The notes under the pieces were generated by a model. The model saw nothing but the letters and a program-made list of their open reading frames with translations. It was not told the DNA's origin and did no database searches. From contig OX597819.1 of the NCBI GenBank assembly GCA_951406725.2, positions 109,492,001 through 109,556,000 of the forward strand: 64,000 bases of DNA, read 5' to 3'. The translations under genes were made by a program, and so were the position numbers. Source of the stretch: Octopus vulgaris. Its lineage: Eukaryota. Positions 28,345 through 41,254 of this stretch are shown piece by piece (within the stretch, counting starts at the first letter, position 1; every line of letters begins with the position of its first letter).

Positions 28345-28987
28345 TGCTTTTTTTTTTCAGTCATAGAGTTAGATTTATGAAGGTCTTCAGTAGAAAATCC
28401 TTCGAATTCTGACTCGCTGCTTGATATAATGAAATTCGTATCCATTTTTTGTCAGAATTACAAATTTTGAAAACACAATAGGAACAAATTTCGGAAAAAA
28501 ATCTCCCATAATTCACGGAATTAAAATTACACTTCGATTTTTGTACAAAACTGTAGTTGAAGTGTTTACGAAGTATAATACGTGTTTTCACGAATGTACT
28601 AAAGAGATTTGCTCTGATATTCTCATTTAAATATGAATAGGTAAATTCGGGCGGCTTGGTAACTATATATAAGTGTCGTCTGTTTATACATAAACACTGT
28701 TTCATACTGCAATTATATATACATATATCTATATATAATATTATATAATAAAATATATACAGAGTAAAATAAAAACCAATTTACCTTTTCTGTCCGTCCG
28801 TGTGTCTTTGCAAATGTGTTGGAATGATAAGTGAGTTGAGTTTTGGCGCCTTTTTTACTAATAACAAACACACACGTGTTTGTATGTAGTTGTATGTGTA
28901 TGTAGTTGTATGTAGTTGTATATGTATGTGTATGCGTGTGTGTGAGGAATGACACACACACACTCACGCACGCACACATGTATATCA

Positions 28988-29509
28988 ATGCTTTCGGAGT
29001 GATATGTTAAAATATTGAGTTTTCTCGAATTTTGTCTTAATTGGTGGTAAAATTGAAAGAAATTTTTTATGGCATCACCCACTGAAGTACTCTGAAAAAT
29101 CTTAGGTAAATTCTAATTGAAGAAATTGTGTGAGGAGTAAATGGTTATGTATTTATTTGTTTCTGTTTGCTGTGTTTTTTTATTTTTTGAGTAGTGGTTT
29201 AAATACTTTCAGTTTAGTCTTCCTCAAATCACTCTGTCGCTATTTACTTTCATTTTATTCGTTGCACACTGTGTGTGTGCGTTTGCGTGTGGTGTAAACC
29301 AGACTAAGAAAAGCATTTGACACACACACCAGAATGTGAGTTTTCTGTAAATTTTGCTTAATTGGAGTTTAAATTTTAAAAACTGGACCTGGCATGACCC
29401 GATGCATTGTACTCTTAAAAATGCTAGGTAAATTGTAATTGAAGAAATCCTATATTGTAGATTTCTATAACTCCCAAAGGGAGGCAGATAAAATCTGCCT
29501 TTTATAATA

Positions 29510-29512
<3 letters not shown>
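28988..29512 (-). mobile_element. Second Helitron-like 5' portion with internal direct repeat
   Basis: Minus-strand A|TCTTATTATAAAAGGCAG at 29512 with hairpin AGGCAGAT-AAA-ATCTGCCT; ~115-bp diverged direct repeat at 29008-29126 and 29337-29448. Confidence 0.45.
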
Positions 29513-29543
<31 letters not shown>

Positions 29544-29551
<8 letters not shown>

Positions 29552-29783
29552 CTTATTTATATGCATACATACATGTGTGTGTATGTGTGTGTGTGTGTGT
29601 GTGTGTCTGTATGTGTGTGTGTGTGCATGTATATATGTTATGATGAAGCTTAATGTCTGCAAAGACTATTAGATTTTCCGACGTTCCATCAATGACCACT
29701 TTTGCCTGACAAGCTATATTTTGGCGAAGTCAGTGATATAGTTGCATTTTTTAATGGTACAATATATGATTTACTATGTGTAT

Positions 29784-29820
<37 letters not shown>

Positions 29821-29991
29821 CATAGTAAATCATATATTGTACCATTAAAAAATGCAACTATATCACTGACTTCGCCAAAATATAGCTTGTCAGGCAAAAG
29901 TGGTCATTGATGGAACGTCGGAAAATCTAATAGTCTTTGCAGACATTAAGCTTCATCATAACATATATACATGCACACACACACACATACA

Positions 29992-30030
<39 letters not shown>

Positions 30031-30066
30031 ACACATGTATGTATGCATATAAATAAGTATTATATA
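29544..30066. repeat. Near-perfect inverted duplication (~240-bp arms) around (TA)n
   Basis: The unique core 29632-29782 is the exact reverse complement of 29817-29968; flanking microsatellites are mirrored too. Confidence 0.95.
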
Positions 30067-31003
30067 CTTATGTATGCATGTATGTGTATCTGTCTCTTCT
30101 TTCTATCTTTCTGTCTGTCTGTCTGTCTCTCCCTACACACACATATATATATATATATATATGTATATATTATATACATACATACATGCATACCCACATA
30201 CATAGATGAAGTATGGCTGAATGTTTGCTCCTCAGAATAATGTCCTGAGTTCGATTCCTTGTATGCCAACTTAAGCAAGTGTCTTTTACTATAGCCTCGA
30301 GTCGACACAATGATTCATTAAGACTGGTCTTCCAGCCACACATGTTGCTAGTGTACCTCCACAAAAATAATCATTTTCGCCCTTTCATTGCAGATCTGAA
30401 AAACAACCTTTGACCCACTGTTGCCGAAAGTGGTGGTCATGGCTTGCAATACTCTAAACATGGTCCTAACGAGTCCCAAATGAACGACGAAGTCAAGATT
30501 TATTCCTTTCTCTTTCTCCATTCAACGCCGTCTGCTGAATATCCTATGGATTTCATCTTGACGAAATTCACCATCAGAAGGAATATAAAAGAGAAGAGTA
30601 CATATTACTGATATACACCGGTGATGATGTTGAGCCTTTCTGTGTTCCTATCGTTGATTCAGACAACAAATACACCGGTAAAGTGATCATATGACGTTCA
30701 TACAAGATATTCCATATAACGTGACGCTCTTTCAGAAAATGAAACTGTGTAGAGAGAAACATTGAGAAAGCCTGTTATTATAGTTGGACTTCAATAGTTT
30801 AATCTGCTTACATGATTCTGCCTGAGAATTAACTTATCTGTTAATTCAATGAGCCTAGTTGTTCACTTGACCGAACGACTGAACTCACGTTCGGAATTTA
30901 TGACGGAGAACCATTTCATATACATACATACATACATACATACATACATACATACATACATACATACATACATACATACATACATACATACATACATACA
31001 TAC

Positions 31004-31034
<31 letters not shown>

Positions 31035-31097
31035 CATACATACATACATACATGCATACATACATAGATACACCCTCAACACACATACATACATACA

Positions 31098-31131
<34 letters not shown>

Positions 31132-31555
31132 CACCACTTTCCAGAAATTTAGGATTTAAGTATATATGCGCATGTCCAGACATGCAGCTATATGCACGAG
31201 AATGCATAATAAAACAAAACATACAAGTCTGTACATGCACTAAATTCCAACAAAGGAGCATTGAATCTGGGATAGAAACCGGCTCTTCTCTATTGGCAAG
31301 AAATCTTGAAATAAAACAGAATAGCATACGCATACACACACACAGACACAAATAAATATGCATATTCGCGCGCGTACGCACACACACACAAATAGATATA
31401 CATATACTCACGCACACACACATGTCCATATATGCAACAAAACTTAAACTAATAAATATTCTCCTTGTCATAATAGAATCCCAATGACGGACAATCACGC
31501 AATATCAATGTAAAGCATAATTTAGAAGAAAAACAAAAAGAAAAACAAAACTCAC

Positions 31556-31621
31556 CATAAACCAAGAAACTAAGAAATCTTTGACAAACTTGTCAAAGAT
31601 TTTTTAGTATCTTGATTTATG
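31556..31621. repeat. 66-nt hairpin (32-bp arms)
   Basis: CATAAACCAAGAAACTAAGAAATCTTTGACAA-AC-TTGTCAAAGATTTTTTAGTATCTTGATTTATG; 29/32 Watson-Crick pairs. Confidence 0.85.
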
Positions 31622-31716
31622 ATTGAAGGACAACTAAGAACAACGGGAAACCAAGATTGAAAAGATTCACAAACAACAAACACATCAAACATGGTCTTTC
31701 ATCAATAGCCAAACGG

Positions 31717-31747
<31 letters not shown>

Positions 31748-32394
31748 TGTATGTATGTATGTATGTATGTATGTATGTATGTATGAATGTGTATGTGTGC
31801 ATGTGTATGTGTGTGTGTGCGTGTGTGTGTAAGAAAGATGGTAGAGCTTTTTTAAGACAAGCACTTGTTATAGACCGTTCAAATCGAAGTAAGCACTAGA
31901 GCGAAGCAGCGACCATTTTAGCAGGCAAGCTAAATCCAAACTGATCGTACGCAGCCACACATACGCACCCTTATCATCTAAGTTAACTAATAGTACATGT
32001 GTACCTAATTTAATTATTCGCTACAAGTATCCATTTCCCAGTACCTTCAGTCGATATGAGGATTATGTAGGGTACGTAGTGTTGTGTAGTGATGTATATA
32101 TTGTTGAGTCTGTTATGGTGTTGTATGTATAGCAGGATATTTTGGGGTGTGTGCATACTTGTGTTGTGGTGCCTGTTGTTGTTGTTACATCTTTCATTGC
32201 ACAAACGTTTGATGAAAGGGATTCCAACAATGGTCCCACAATCATTTTTAATAGTGAATAATACTTTGCTCAATATATCAGTTTTTTTTCAAGATTGTAA
32301 GGCAATCGTGAGCAAACTGCGACCCGCGAAATTTTCTTAGTGGTACGCCTAACAAAAGAAATTGAATTTCTTTTACTTGTGTGACCCATACAGC

Positions 32395-32853
32395 CTAACG
32401 ATGAACCATGTTTCATGCGACCGAACGATGAATCATGTCTCATACGGTCTTGCGATGAACCATGTCTCATACGGTCTAAAGATGAACCATATCGCATACG
32501 GTCTAAAGATGAACCATGTCTCATACGGTCTAAAGATGAACTATGTCTCATACGGTCTAAAGATGAACCATGTCTCATACGGTCTAAAGATGAACCATGT
32601 CTCATACGGTCTAACGATGAACCATATCGCATACGGTCTAAAGATGAACCATATCTCATACGGTCTAAAGATGAACTATGTCTCATACGGTCTAACGATG
32701 AACCATGTTTCATGTGATCTAACGATGAACCATCTTTCATGCGACCTAACGATGAACCATGTCGCACACTGTCTGACGATGAACCATGTCGCATTCGGTC
32801 TAACGATGAACCATGTTTCATGTGGCCCGACGATGGACCATGTCTCATGCGGC
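32395..32853. repeat. 27-bp minisatellite, ~17 copies
   Basis: Unit CTAA(A/C)GATGAACCATGTCTCATACGGT, contiguous with no spacers. Confidence 0.95.
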
Positions 32854-33114
32854 CTGCTTCTCGATAAAAGTTGTCCGTACCTACAATAAGGAGTGAGTTG
32901 AGGAAGATTTGGTTGTTATTTGCAGCAGGTCAAACAACCACATACACATTTTCTCATTGGCTCGTAGTGTTGTAGTGTTGGGGATGCAGTGTAGTGATAT
33001 ACTTGTGTATATGTAGTAAAATACTGTAAGTGGTGTATTCATAATTATGCATGTAGTAGTGTGTGTTGTAGTATGTACGTAGCTGCACTTGTATTAACGT
33101 GTGTGTGTATATAA

Positions 33115-33182
<68 letters not shown>

Positions 33183-33599
33183 GTGTGTGTATGTGTGTGT
33201 GTCTATGTATGTATGTATATAGTGGTGTTTACATAGTCATGTGTTTGATACTGAATATCCAAAGGAGTATCTTTACTTGTATGTGCAGTGGCGTATATGT
33301 TGTATATTGTATGCGCAGCTGTGTGTTTAGCGATATGTGTGTGTGAGTGTGTGTGTATGTGTGTGTAGTAGTAGTAGTGTATGTTCATTTGTGTTTGTGT
33401 AATGGTGTATATAACACCATTGCTTATACCCACACACCTAGTCTGTATGGTAAGATGGCCGCCGACTGCGCTCGATTGACCTATCTACCATCATTGACTC
33501 ACACACACAGAGATTTTATACGCATTTGTAGGTATACATGTATTTAGCTATGTATATCTACCTATCACCACCATCAACACCACCAGCCCTATCACCAAT

Positions 33600-33636
<37 letters not shown>

Positions 33637-33901
33637 CCATCGACTAGATCGTTACCGTCATCACCATAGTACCAAGTTTTCGTGCAGTATCTCTCCACAC
33701 CTTCTCATTGCAAGTTCACTTGGGTCAGCTACTGTATTCGGAAGCGGAAGTCTTCGTCAACGTGGCAAATACCCGACAATCTCTACTTTTCTTTCGATTA
33801 ATTTTTCTCTCTCTCTCTCCTTCTCTTTCCTTCTCTCTCTCTCATTTTCTCTCAAACACCCGCACATAAAACATCATTTATTCTCAGGTACATACAAACT
33901 C

Positions 33902-33984
<83 letters not shown>

Positions 33985-34528
33985 CTTTTGTCTGTCTGTC
34001 TATGATCGATTATCTGTCTGTTTCTCTATCTATCTACTATTATTTATCTATCTACATATGTATTTACGTATGTACGTACGTACATACGTACGCGTGTATG
34101 TATGTATGTATGTATGTACGCATGTGGATGTACATACATATATGCATACATACAGACCCTGCCACACATTGTAGCAGAAGCATATGTCGATAGCTGTTCT
34201 CATGTCTCCAGACAATCAAACTTTTCTTTAACGACATGTCAGATTTGGAGAATTATTGATTCCTGAGTTTACTTCTTATTTGGACATGGTTCCAGTAACC
34301 ATCAGACGATGGTTTTACATTCTCTGGAAGTGGATTTAATTTCAATAAATCAAAAATTTATGCTGTATTATATTTCACATACATACATACATACATACAT
34401 ACATACATACATACATACATACATACATACATACATACATACATACATACATACATACATACATACATACATACATACATACATACATACATACATACAT
34501 CCGTACGTGCGTGTGTGCGTGTGTGTGT

Positions 34529-35110
34529 GTTGGGTGTCGGATAAATTCGTTCACTTTTTCCTGATGTTATTTCAAGTAACACGAAAATATTTTTATTGTA
34601 GTGTTTAATGAACTTTTTTGTAGGTCTGCCATTCTACAATTTTTCTCCGTCGTTTTCGAAATCTGGATAATTTTTTTATCTCCTTTAGGGTATGGCGATA
34701 AAGCGCCAATTAGAAAAATACGAGCATTTTCAACACCTCTTTTTTCTTGCTTTTAATCAAGCTTCCGAAGTTGTCAAAAATGTTCGAAATATTCGTGCTA
34801 TGTAAGGACAAGGCGCTGCTACTGAAAGAACTACACTTAAATGGATTTCACGCTTCAATTAGTGGAAATTCGACCTCACAAGCTCTCTGCGTTCCGGTCG
34901 ATCTCTTCAGTTCAATGAAGTTCAATTGTACATTCACGAGGATCCGTACCAACCTGGTTGGGGATTGGCCCAGCATATGAGATGCTATCACGATACCGTC
35001 GCTCATAGGTCTCATTCAATGGATATGGTAAAAAAACAAAAAAACTCGGTACATAGGTCGTCATACGCTTTGAACGAAAAAGACAAATTCCATCGCTCCC
35101 CCCATCGCTG
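34529..35110 (+). mobile_element. Mariner transposon 5' remnant
   Basis: TIR-like TTGGGTGTCGGATAAATTCGTTC; decayed N-terminus EHFQHL..LAFNQ...KWISRFN*WKFDLTSSLRSGRSLQFNE; KKLGT*V..ALNEKDK corresponds to the WVPHEL region. Confidence 0.7.
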
Positions 35111-35440
35111 TGTCTGAGGTACCCCTTCACCTTCGGGAACAACTAAAAGTCACAGGAAGCAAGGTCTTGACTGAAGGGAGGGCGAAGGAAAGTTTTGATG
35201 CCCATCTCTGTCAAGTAGTTGGTTACCAGAATGCTTATCAACGAGTACCCTGGGAACTAACTTTGTTCACATTTTGCACATATTCAGATCTTCACAAATA
35301 ATTCTTTATACATTTGTCACACCAATTCAAACTATATGCGTATAGTATTTATAGACATACGACAGTCTTCATGCAGAAAATTGCGAATTTTCTCAAGCAG
35401 CTCTAATGTTCTGACATTTCCCTCCTTCCCACACCGCCGA

Positions 35441-35640
35441 TCGTCTCTCACCTGCTCTCACTGTCTATCACCTTCTCTCATGGTCTCTCATGGTCTCTCA
35501 CCTGCTCTCATCGTCTCTCACCTGCTCTCATCGTCTCTCACCTGCTCTCATAGTCTCTCACCTGCTCTCATAGTCTCTCACCTGCTCTCATCGGCTCTCA
35601 CCTGCTCTCATCGGCTCTCACCTCCTCTCATCGTTTTCAC
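35441..35640. repeat. 20-bp pyrimidine-rich minisatellite (~10 copies)
   Basis: Unit TCGTCTCTCACCTGCTCTCA built from two related 10-mers. Confidence 0.9.
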
Positions 35641-36354
35641 TTCCTCTCTACCGTCTGTGAACTCCTTCCTCTTGTCCCAACGAAAAATTTTATAAGTAGT
35701 CTGGAGCATTTAAAAAGTTTCTGGAGCATTTTTTCTCAGTTTATCAATAATTTATTGCATAATGAGCATCCAGATATCCCGACTGCACTCCAAAACTACT
35801 CGGCTGTGTTAAGCAGCGTTTAGTAAGTTGTGCACAAAGACCTCTTACAGCCGTCCCCTTCAATCTGGAATGACAATCATTGGCAGTTCAGCTTATTAGA
35901 TGTATTATAATGATGTACTAAAATTACAACAATCTAGGATAGTTATGTCTCTTCTAAAAATGTCTCAAAACTTCTGGAATGTACCTCGTATGTATGTATG
36001 TATGTATGTATGTATGTATGTATGTATGTATGTATGTATGTATGTATGTATGTATGTATGTATGTATGTATGTATGTATGTATGTATGTATGTTTGTATG
36101 TATGTCTGTATGTATGTATGTATGTATGTATGTATGTATGTATGTATGTTTGTATGTATGTATGTATGTATGTGTGTATGTATGTATGTATGTTTGTGTG
36201 CATGTATGTATGTTTGTATGTATGTATCCTTGTATGTATGTTTGTATGTATGTGTGTATGTATGTATGTTTGTATGTATGTATGTATGTATGTATCTTTG
36301 TAGGCATGTATGTATGTATGTATGTATGTATGTATGTATGTATGTATGTATCTA

Positions 36355-37310
36355 TGTACTCCTCTGTTTTCAATTATTTAAATTCTTCCTCCGAGGAAGG
36401 AACTGGTTTCTACCAAAGATACAAAGCTCCATCGTTGGAATGTAGATAATGAAAGCAATGTCATGATTTGAACTCGAGAAAACTCTTGCATATTTTTAGT
36501 TCCCCTTTCAATTTATATTTGCAATGTGCAAGTTAGTTTGTTGACATAGAAACTGAAGATTTAGAAGTAGTTGCCCATGGTTACACTCTTCCTTTTTGAT
36601 TTTTAAAGAAATATTCACATGAGCAGGACAGCTGATCTCTATGATATCGCATACTTTTTCTTGTCCGTCCCCAACAATATCGGGCCTGTTATGCTTACAA
36701 ATATTTTGATGGGAATGTTCCACCTGCATTCATTGTGTTGGTGTCTATGTATGCATTCAATTCTATCTACTTTTCGCCCTTTTCAAGCCTAGCCAGGCTC
36801 ATGGGCCCAGTTTCTCGGTTTCTGTGGCGTATGTGTTCCCCCTAGCTGGACGGGACGCCAGTCCATCGCAGCGTTACTCTAGAAACAGGAAGAGAGAGTG
36901 AAAGTTGGGACGAAAGAGTACAACAGGGGTCGCCTACCCCTGCCGGAGCCTCGTGGAGCTTTTAGGTGTTTTCGCTCAATAAACACACACAACGCTCGGT
37001 CTGGGAATCGAAACCGCGATCCTCCGACCGCGAGTCCGCTGCCCTAACCACTGGGCCATTGCGCCTCCACGTATGCATTCAATAGCAGGAAGATTCTCTA
37101 TATTTATTCCAGGACTGTCTTTTTCCCGAATGGCATTGTATATTGTTTGTGCAACAACGTTGTATCGCATTGAAAGATTGTACTTGATGATATTTTGGGG
37201 CAGGTGTTAATCATATGCGTGATGTCTTCCACAGAAATATGACATAATCTACATTTTCGGTTGCACATTGGAGTTCAAAGAACTTCACTGTCTCTTTCGT
37301 TTATTAGGTC
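36355..37310 (-). mobile_element. R4/Dong-like RLE retrotransposon 3' portion, interrupted by a SINE
   Basis: CCHC knuckle CRLCHISVEDITHMINTCP (~37195-37255), RYNVVAQTIY (ORF 36976-37170) and PD..E nuclease motif KHNRPDIV...IIEISCP (ORF 36508-36729); 3' end runs into (CATA)n. Confidence 0.85.
36762..37070 (-). mobile_element. tRNA-derived SINE family C (tail type 1)
   Basis: Head GTGGAGGCGCAATGGCCCAGTGGTTAGGGCAGCGGACTCGCGGTCGGAGGATCGCGGTTTCGATTCCC with A and B boxes; 13-bp TSD GTATGCATTCAAT at 36749-36761 and 37071-37083. Confidence 0.9.
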
Positions 37311-37547
37311 CTAGCTGGTTTGCCTGTTGTTGCCGGGAAATTTTCGCAATAGAACACTCTCTCTTTTACTCTTTTACTTGTTTCAGTCATTTGACTGTGT
37401 CCATGATGGAGCACCGCCTTTAGTCGAACAAATCGACCCCAGGACTTATTCTATCGGTCTCTTTTGCCGAACCGCTAAGTTACGGGGACGTAAACACACC
37501 ATCATCGGTTGTCAAGCGATGGTGGGAAGACAAACACAGACACACAA

Positions 37548-37620
<73 letters not shown>

Positions 37621-38130
37621 CTTATATACGACGGGCTTCTTTCAGTTTCCGTCTACCAAATCCACTCACAAGGCTTTGGTCGGTCCGACGCTATAGTAGA
37701 AGACACTTGCCCAAGGTGCCACGCAGTGGGACTCAACCCGGAACCATGTGGTTGGTAAGCAAGCTACTTACCACACAGCCACTTCTACGCCTTTATTTCA
37801 ATTTCTTTTTATTTTATGCCAGACCATGTTTTCCCCGACGGATAGGTCTCTTGGTCAGGATGGATTTCTGCATTATTTGTGGCAATTTATAGAGTCTCGA
37901 TGTTTTCTGTTTGTCCATGTCATATCATAGATGTAAAAAATTTTCTTACTTCCTACTCTTAAACATTCAACGTAAGGCTGATCATGGGTGAAGCAGGGCT
38001 CTTCCAGATATAAACCAGCGCCTGAAAATGTTTGCCATTGCGATATGTTGATGGCAATGGTAAAACTAAGACACGGTGGAAATTGAAGTCGTTCGAATTG
38101 AAATGGGAGATCAGCCCCTGAGTTCACACG
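37311..38130 (-). mobile_element. Helitron remnant with PIF1-helicase C-terminal fragment
   Basis: ORF 37873-38127 DLPFQFERLQFPPCLSFTIAINISQWQTF...GLYLEEPCFTHDQPYVECLRV matches the RepHel consensus F.F.R.QFP..L.FA.TINKSQGQT...HGQLYVA.SRV; degenerate 3' hairpin plus CTAG at 37311. Confidence 0.75.
37358..37791 (-). mobile_element. SINE family B (full length)
   Basis: Reverse complement of 57320-57760 with internal (CA)n/(TA)n. Confidence 0.9.
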
Positions 38131-38334
38131 ACGGAGGTTCTTGTGCGCTTATAATCTGATCGAGGCAACCAATGCTTGTGTGTCTCCTGAGACCGTGCGA
38201 CGAAGGCTTGTGTTCACATGTCATCAAATCTATTCCTTTCCTGAGTGTCTTCAGAGACCGTTGCTGATACTTTGTGAGGGTCTTTCGACTCTGTCTCCCT
38301 AATGAAATTCCTTACACACATGCATAGACACAGG

Positions 38335-38377
<43 letters not shown>

Positions 38378-38517
38378 GCGCACATACAAGCATGCACACA
38401 CTCAGCGTGAGCGATATACATATACGGAGAAAGTGTGAGAGAGTGTGTGGTAAATATATAAAGTTTACAATGAGAAAAGTGTAAAAAATAGAGTGACTGA
38501 TTTGTATTACATGTCAT

Positions 38518-38569
<52 letters not shown>

Positions 38570-38884
38570 CGAGAGAGAGATAGGGAGAGATAGGGAGAGC
38601 GAGAGCGAGAGGAGAGTAGATGCGTGAGAGATATACATATACAAATCCGTTTTTCTCTAGGACGCACCTTTTCAGAGTCTTCCAGTGAGATACACTCTTA
38701 TTTATATGACAGATTTAGTAGCAATCTTTTGTTCTTAGATTGCAGATGCATAGCCTTCGAAGTGTGATGTGATGTGGCGGTCACTAATCCGAGAGCAGCT
38801 TCGCTTCATGTCAATGTTACTGTCTTGAAGTCTTCGGGAAACTTACTCATGCACGGTCTTTTTCTCTTACGCTGAGCGTCACAC

Positions 38885-38915
<31 letters not shown>

Positions 38916-39317
38916 TGTATGTATGTATGTATGTATGTATGTATGTATGATAGTTAATCAGTGCAGTTGATTAACTATCTATGTATGTATGTACGTGTGC
39001 GTCTATCTACATTCATTTACTTTGTCACTGGACTGCGGCCATGCTATAAAAAGTTTTTTGGTCAATTATGTCGATCGCAAAGCTTGTTTCAGTATGGTAT
39101 TTCTTTTACGGATATCTATTTATTGAATTGCTAAGTCACATTTTTAACTAAACGGAACAAAACACGATGCAGTGCTATACATGAACACACACACGTACAC
39201 ACGCACGCAGCGCACACAATCACACACATACAGACATACACACAACGCAATATAACAAAGATGTGCTTAAACTCATAGTTACGAACTACTCGATCATGGA
39301 CACCAAGTAAGACACTC

Positions 39318-39482
39318 TTTACTCTTTACTCTCTTTTACTTGTTTTAGTCATTTGACGGTGGCCATGCTGGAGCATCGCCTTTTAGTCGAGCAAATCAAC
39401 CCAAGGGCTTATTCTTTGTAAGCCTAGTACTTATTCTATCGGTATCTTTTGCTGAACCGCTATGTTACGGAGACGCGATGTT

Positions 39483-39524
<42 letters not shown>

Positions 39525-39688
39525 CGACGGACTTCTTTCAGTTTCCGTCTACCAAATCCACTCACAAGGCTTTGGTCGGCCCGAGGCTATAGCAGAAGAC
39601 ACTTGCCCAAGGTGCCACGTAGTGAGACTGAACCCGGAACATGTGGTTCGTAAGCAAGCTACTTACCACACAGCCACTCCTATGCCTA
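39318..39688 (-). mobile_element. SINE family B
   Basis: Same head, internal (CA)n and tail. Confidence 0.85.
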
Positions 39689-40201
39689 TAGATATATAGA
39701 TATTTTAAATAAAATAAGAGATAGTTCAACATTTTGATTTACTGCATCGTCATCTGATGAATGATCAAAATCGTAATGAAAACCAATTAAAAATTATTGC
39801 TTATAAATTCTCAGAAGTGGGAGTTAGTGAGAGAGAAAACTGTATAAGAGAAAAGGTCGAATGCAATAGAAAGTGAGGACTTATATTTTGATTATATCAT
39901 AAAATATAACGGCTCACAATATAAAAGTTGATTACAGGCAAAACTGAAAAGAAGGAAGATAAGTGTATGAAATGTAACATAATATATATTGCCATAAACT
40001 AAGGTAGATTCAAATGGAATTATACAAGTGATGGATGCACACAGACTCAGAAATTGCAAGAAGATAAATTGTCTAAAATATACGAATATAATGTTGATAA
40101 TGCTATCTATCATTCAAAGAAATGACATTTCCCGAATGGTTTTCAGTAAAAACCTAAAACGGTTCCAATAACCTAAAACGGTTCCAATATGTGTATGTAT
40201 G

Positions 40202-40255
<54 letters not shown>

Positions 40256-40307
40256 GCATATATGTGTTAGTATATATATGCATCTATGTATGTATCTATA
40301 AATATGC

Positions 40308-40350
<43 letters not shown>

Positions 40351-40733
40351 CACACACACACACACATATAAAATTTATTGTTTTGTAATTTATATATTTG
40401 TGCGTATATGTATTTATTCACCCTTCATATAGTTCCAATTTATTTTACCTCAATTCTTGGTATTTTATTTCATTTTATTTTATCTTTACTTCCATTAGTA
40501 ATTATCTTTTATATTATAAGCTGTCTCATTTCGTGGTATAGTAAGCCCCCACCAACCCTCATCTCTTTTCCATTCTACCCTACGATCGAGGGTTTATAAC
40601 AAATATTGGCCTTCATCAATATTTTGATGATTCGCCAGATGAAATTGCGGCAAATCATGTCTTGATCTGTCTTCTTAACTTGAATTAACTTATATATATA
40701 TATTTATATAATACATACAAGCATACATACATA

Positions 40734-40930
40734 CAATAAATCCTCCACTATCGCGGATGTTGCGTGTTTCAAAACTTCCCACAGAAATAATTAAAATCTA
40801 AGAAATATATATACCTATCGGCCGCAGAAACCCGCGACATACTGAGAAGTCCACGATATAAATTTACATATCTTAGCCAGAAAAATCGCGATGTACTGAG
40901 TGAGCAATAGGTGAACACCGATATAGCGAT
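40734..40930. mobile_element. pogo/Tigger-like MITE remnant
   Basis: TA|CAATAAATCCTCCACTATCGCGG start with internal CGCGA subrepeats and a right-end CGATATAGCGA; diverged. Confidence 0.4.
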
Positions 40931-40933
40931 ATA

Positions 40934-40983
<50 letters not shown>

Positions 40984-40987
<4 letters not shown>

Positions 40988-41100
40988 ATGATCACGTGAC
41001 TGACCAGACCATCAGATGTTGTTACACATCGCTGGTCACAATGCGTTCGCATTGTTTTAGCCTTCGAATGACGCCACCCCGCTGGCTAAGCGAGCAGGCC
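40984..41100 (+). mobile_element. ~120-bp unclassified element embedded in (TA)n
   Basis: Homologous inverted copy at 53648-53770; both abut (TA)n. Confidence 0.75.
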
Positions 41101-41254
41101 ATATATATATATATATATAATTAATTCGAGGAGGTTATATTCTCATTAGGGATTAAATAATCCAAGATATTTCACTAATTAATCCCTATCATATCATGCG
41201 AAAGTCATTGGTATATGTTAGGGATTATTGAAGTTATATATTATCAATATTGAG

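Noticed and set aside
30370-30770. Possible coding remnant (YTGDDVEPFCVPIVDSDNKYTGKVII)
   Set aside because: Short, interrupted and not assignable to any family I recognise.
32395-32853. CRISPR-like array
   Set aside because: Units are contiguous with no unique spacers, there are no cas genes and the context is eukaryotic.
35960-35989. Mariner-like TIR as the right end of the 34529 element
   Set aside because: Its sequence (minus strand TACGAGGTACATTCCAGAAG) does not match the 34529 terminus; probably an orphan end of another family.
35900-36449. [12 protein letters not shown]-repeat ORFs here and throughout the track
   Set aside because: Translations of (TATG)n, (TA)n, (CA)n and (TATC)n with no coding signal.
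37000-37070. tRNA gene (also at ~44005-44075 and ~45800-45872)
   Set aside because: A and B boxes are present but there is no complete acceptor stem or terminator; each is the head of a TSD-flanked SINE.
39754-39790. Additional CTGATGA/CTGAAGA hits as hammerheads (also 16431, 43303, 53289)
   Set aside because: They lack a properly placed GAAAC-GUH or supporting stems.
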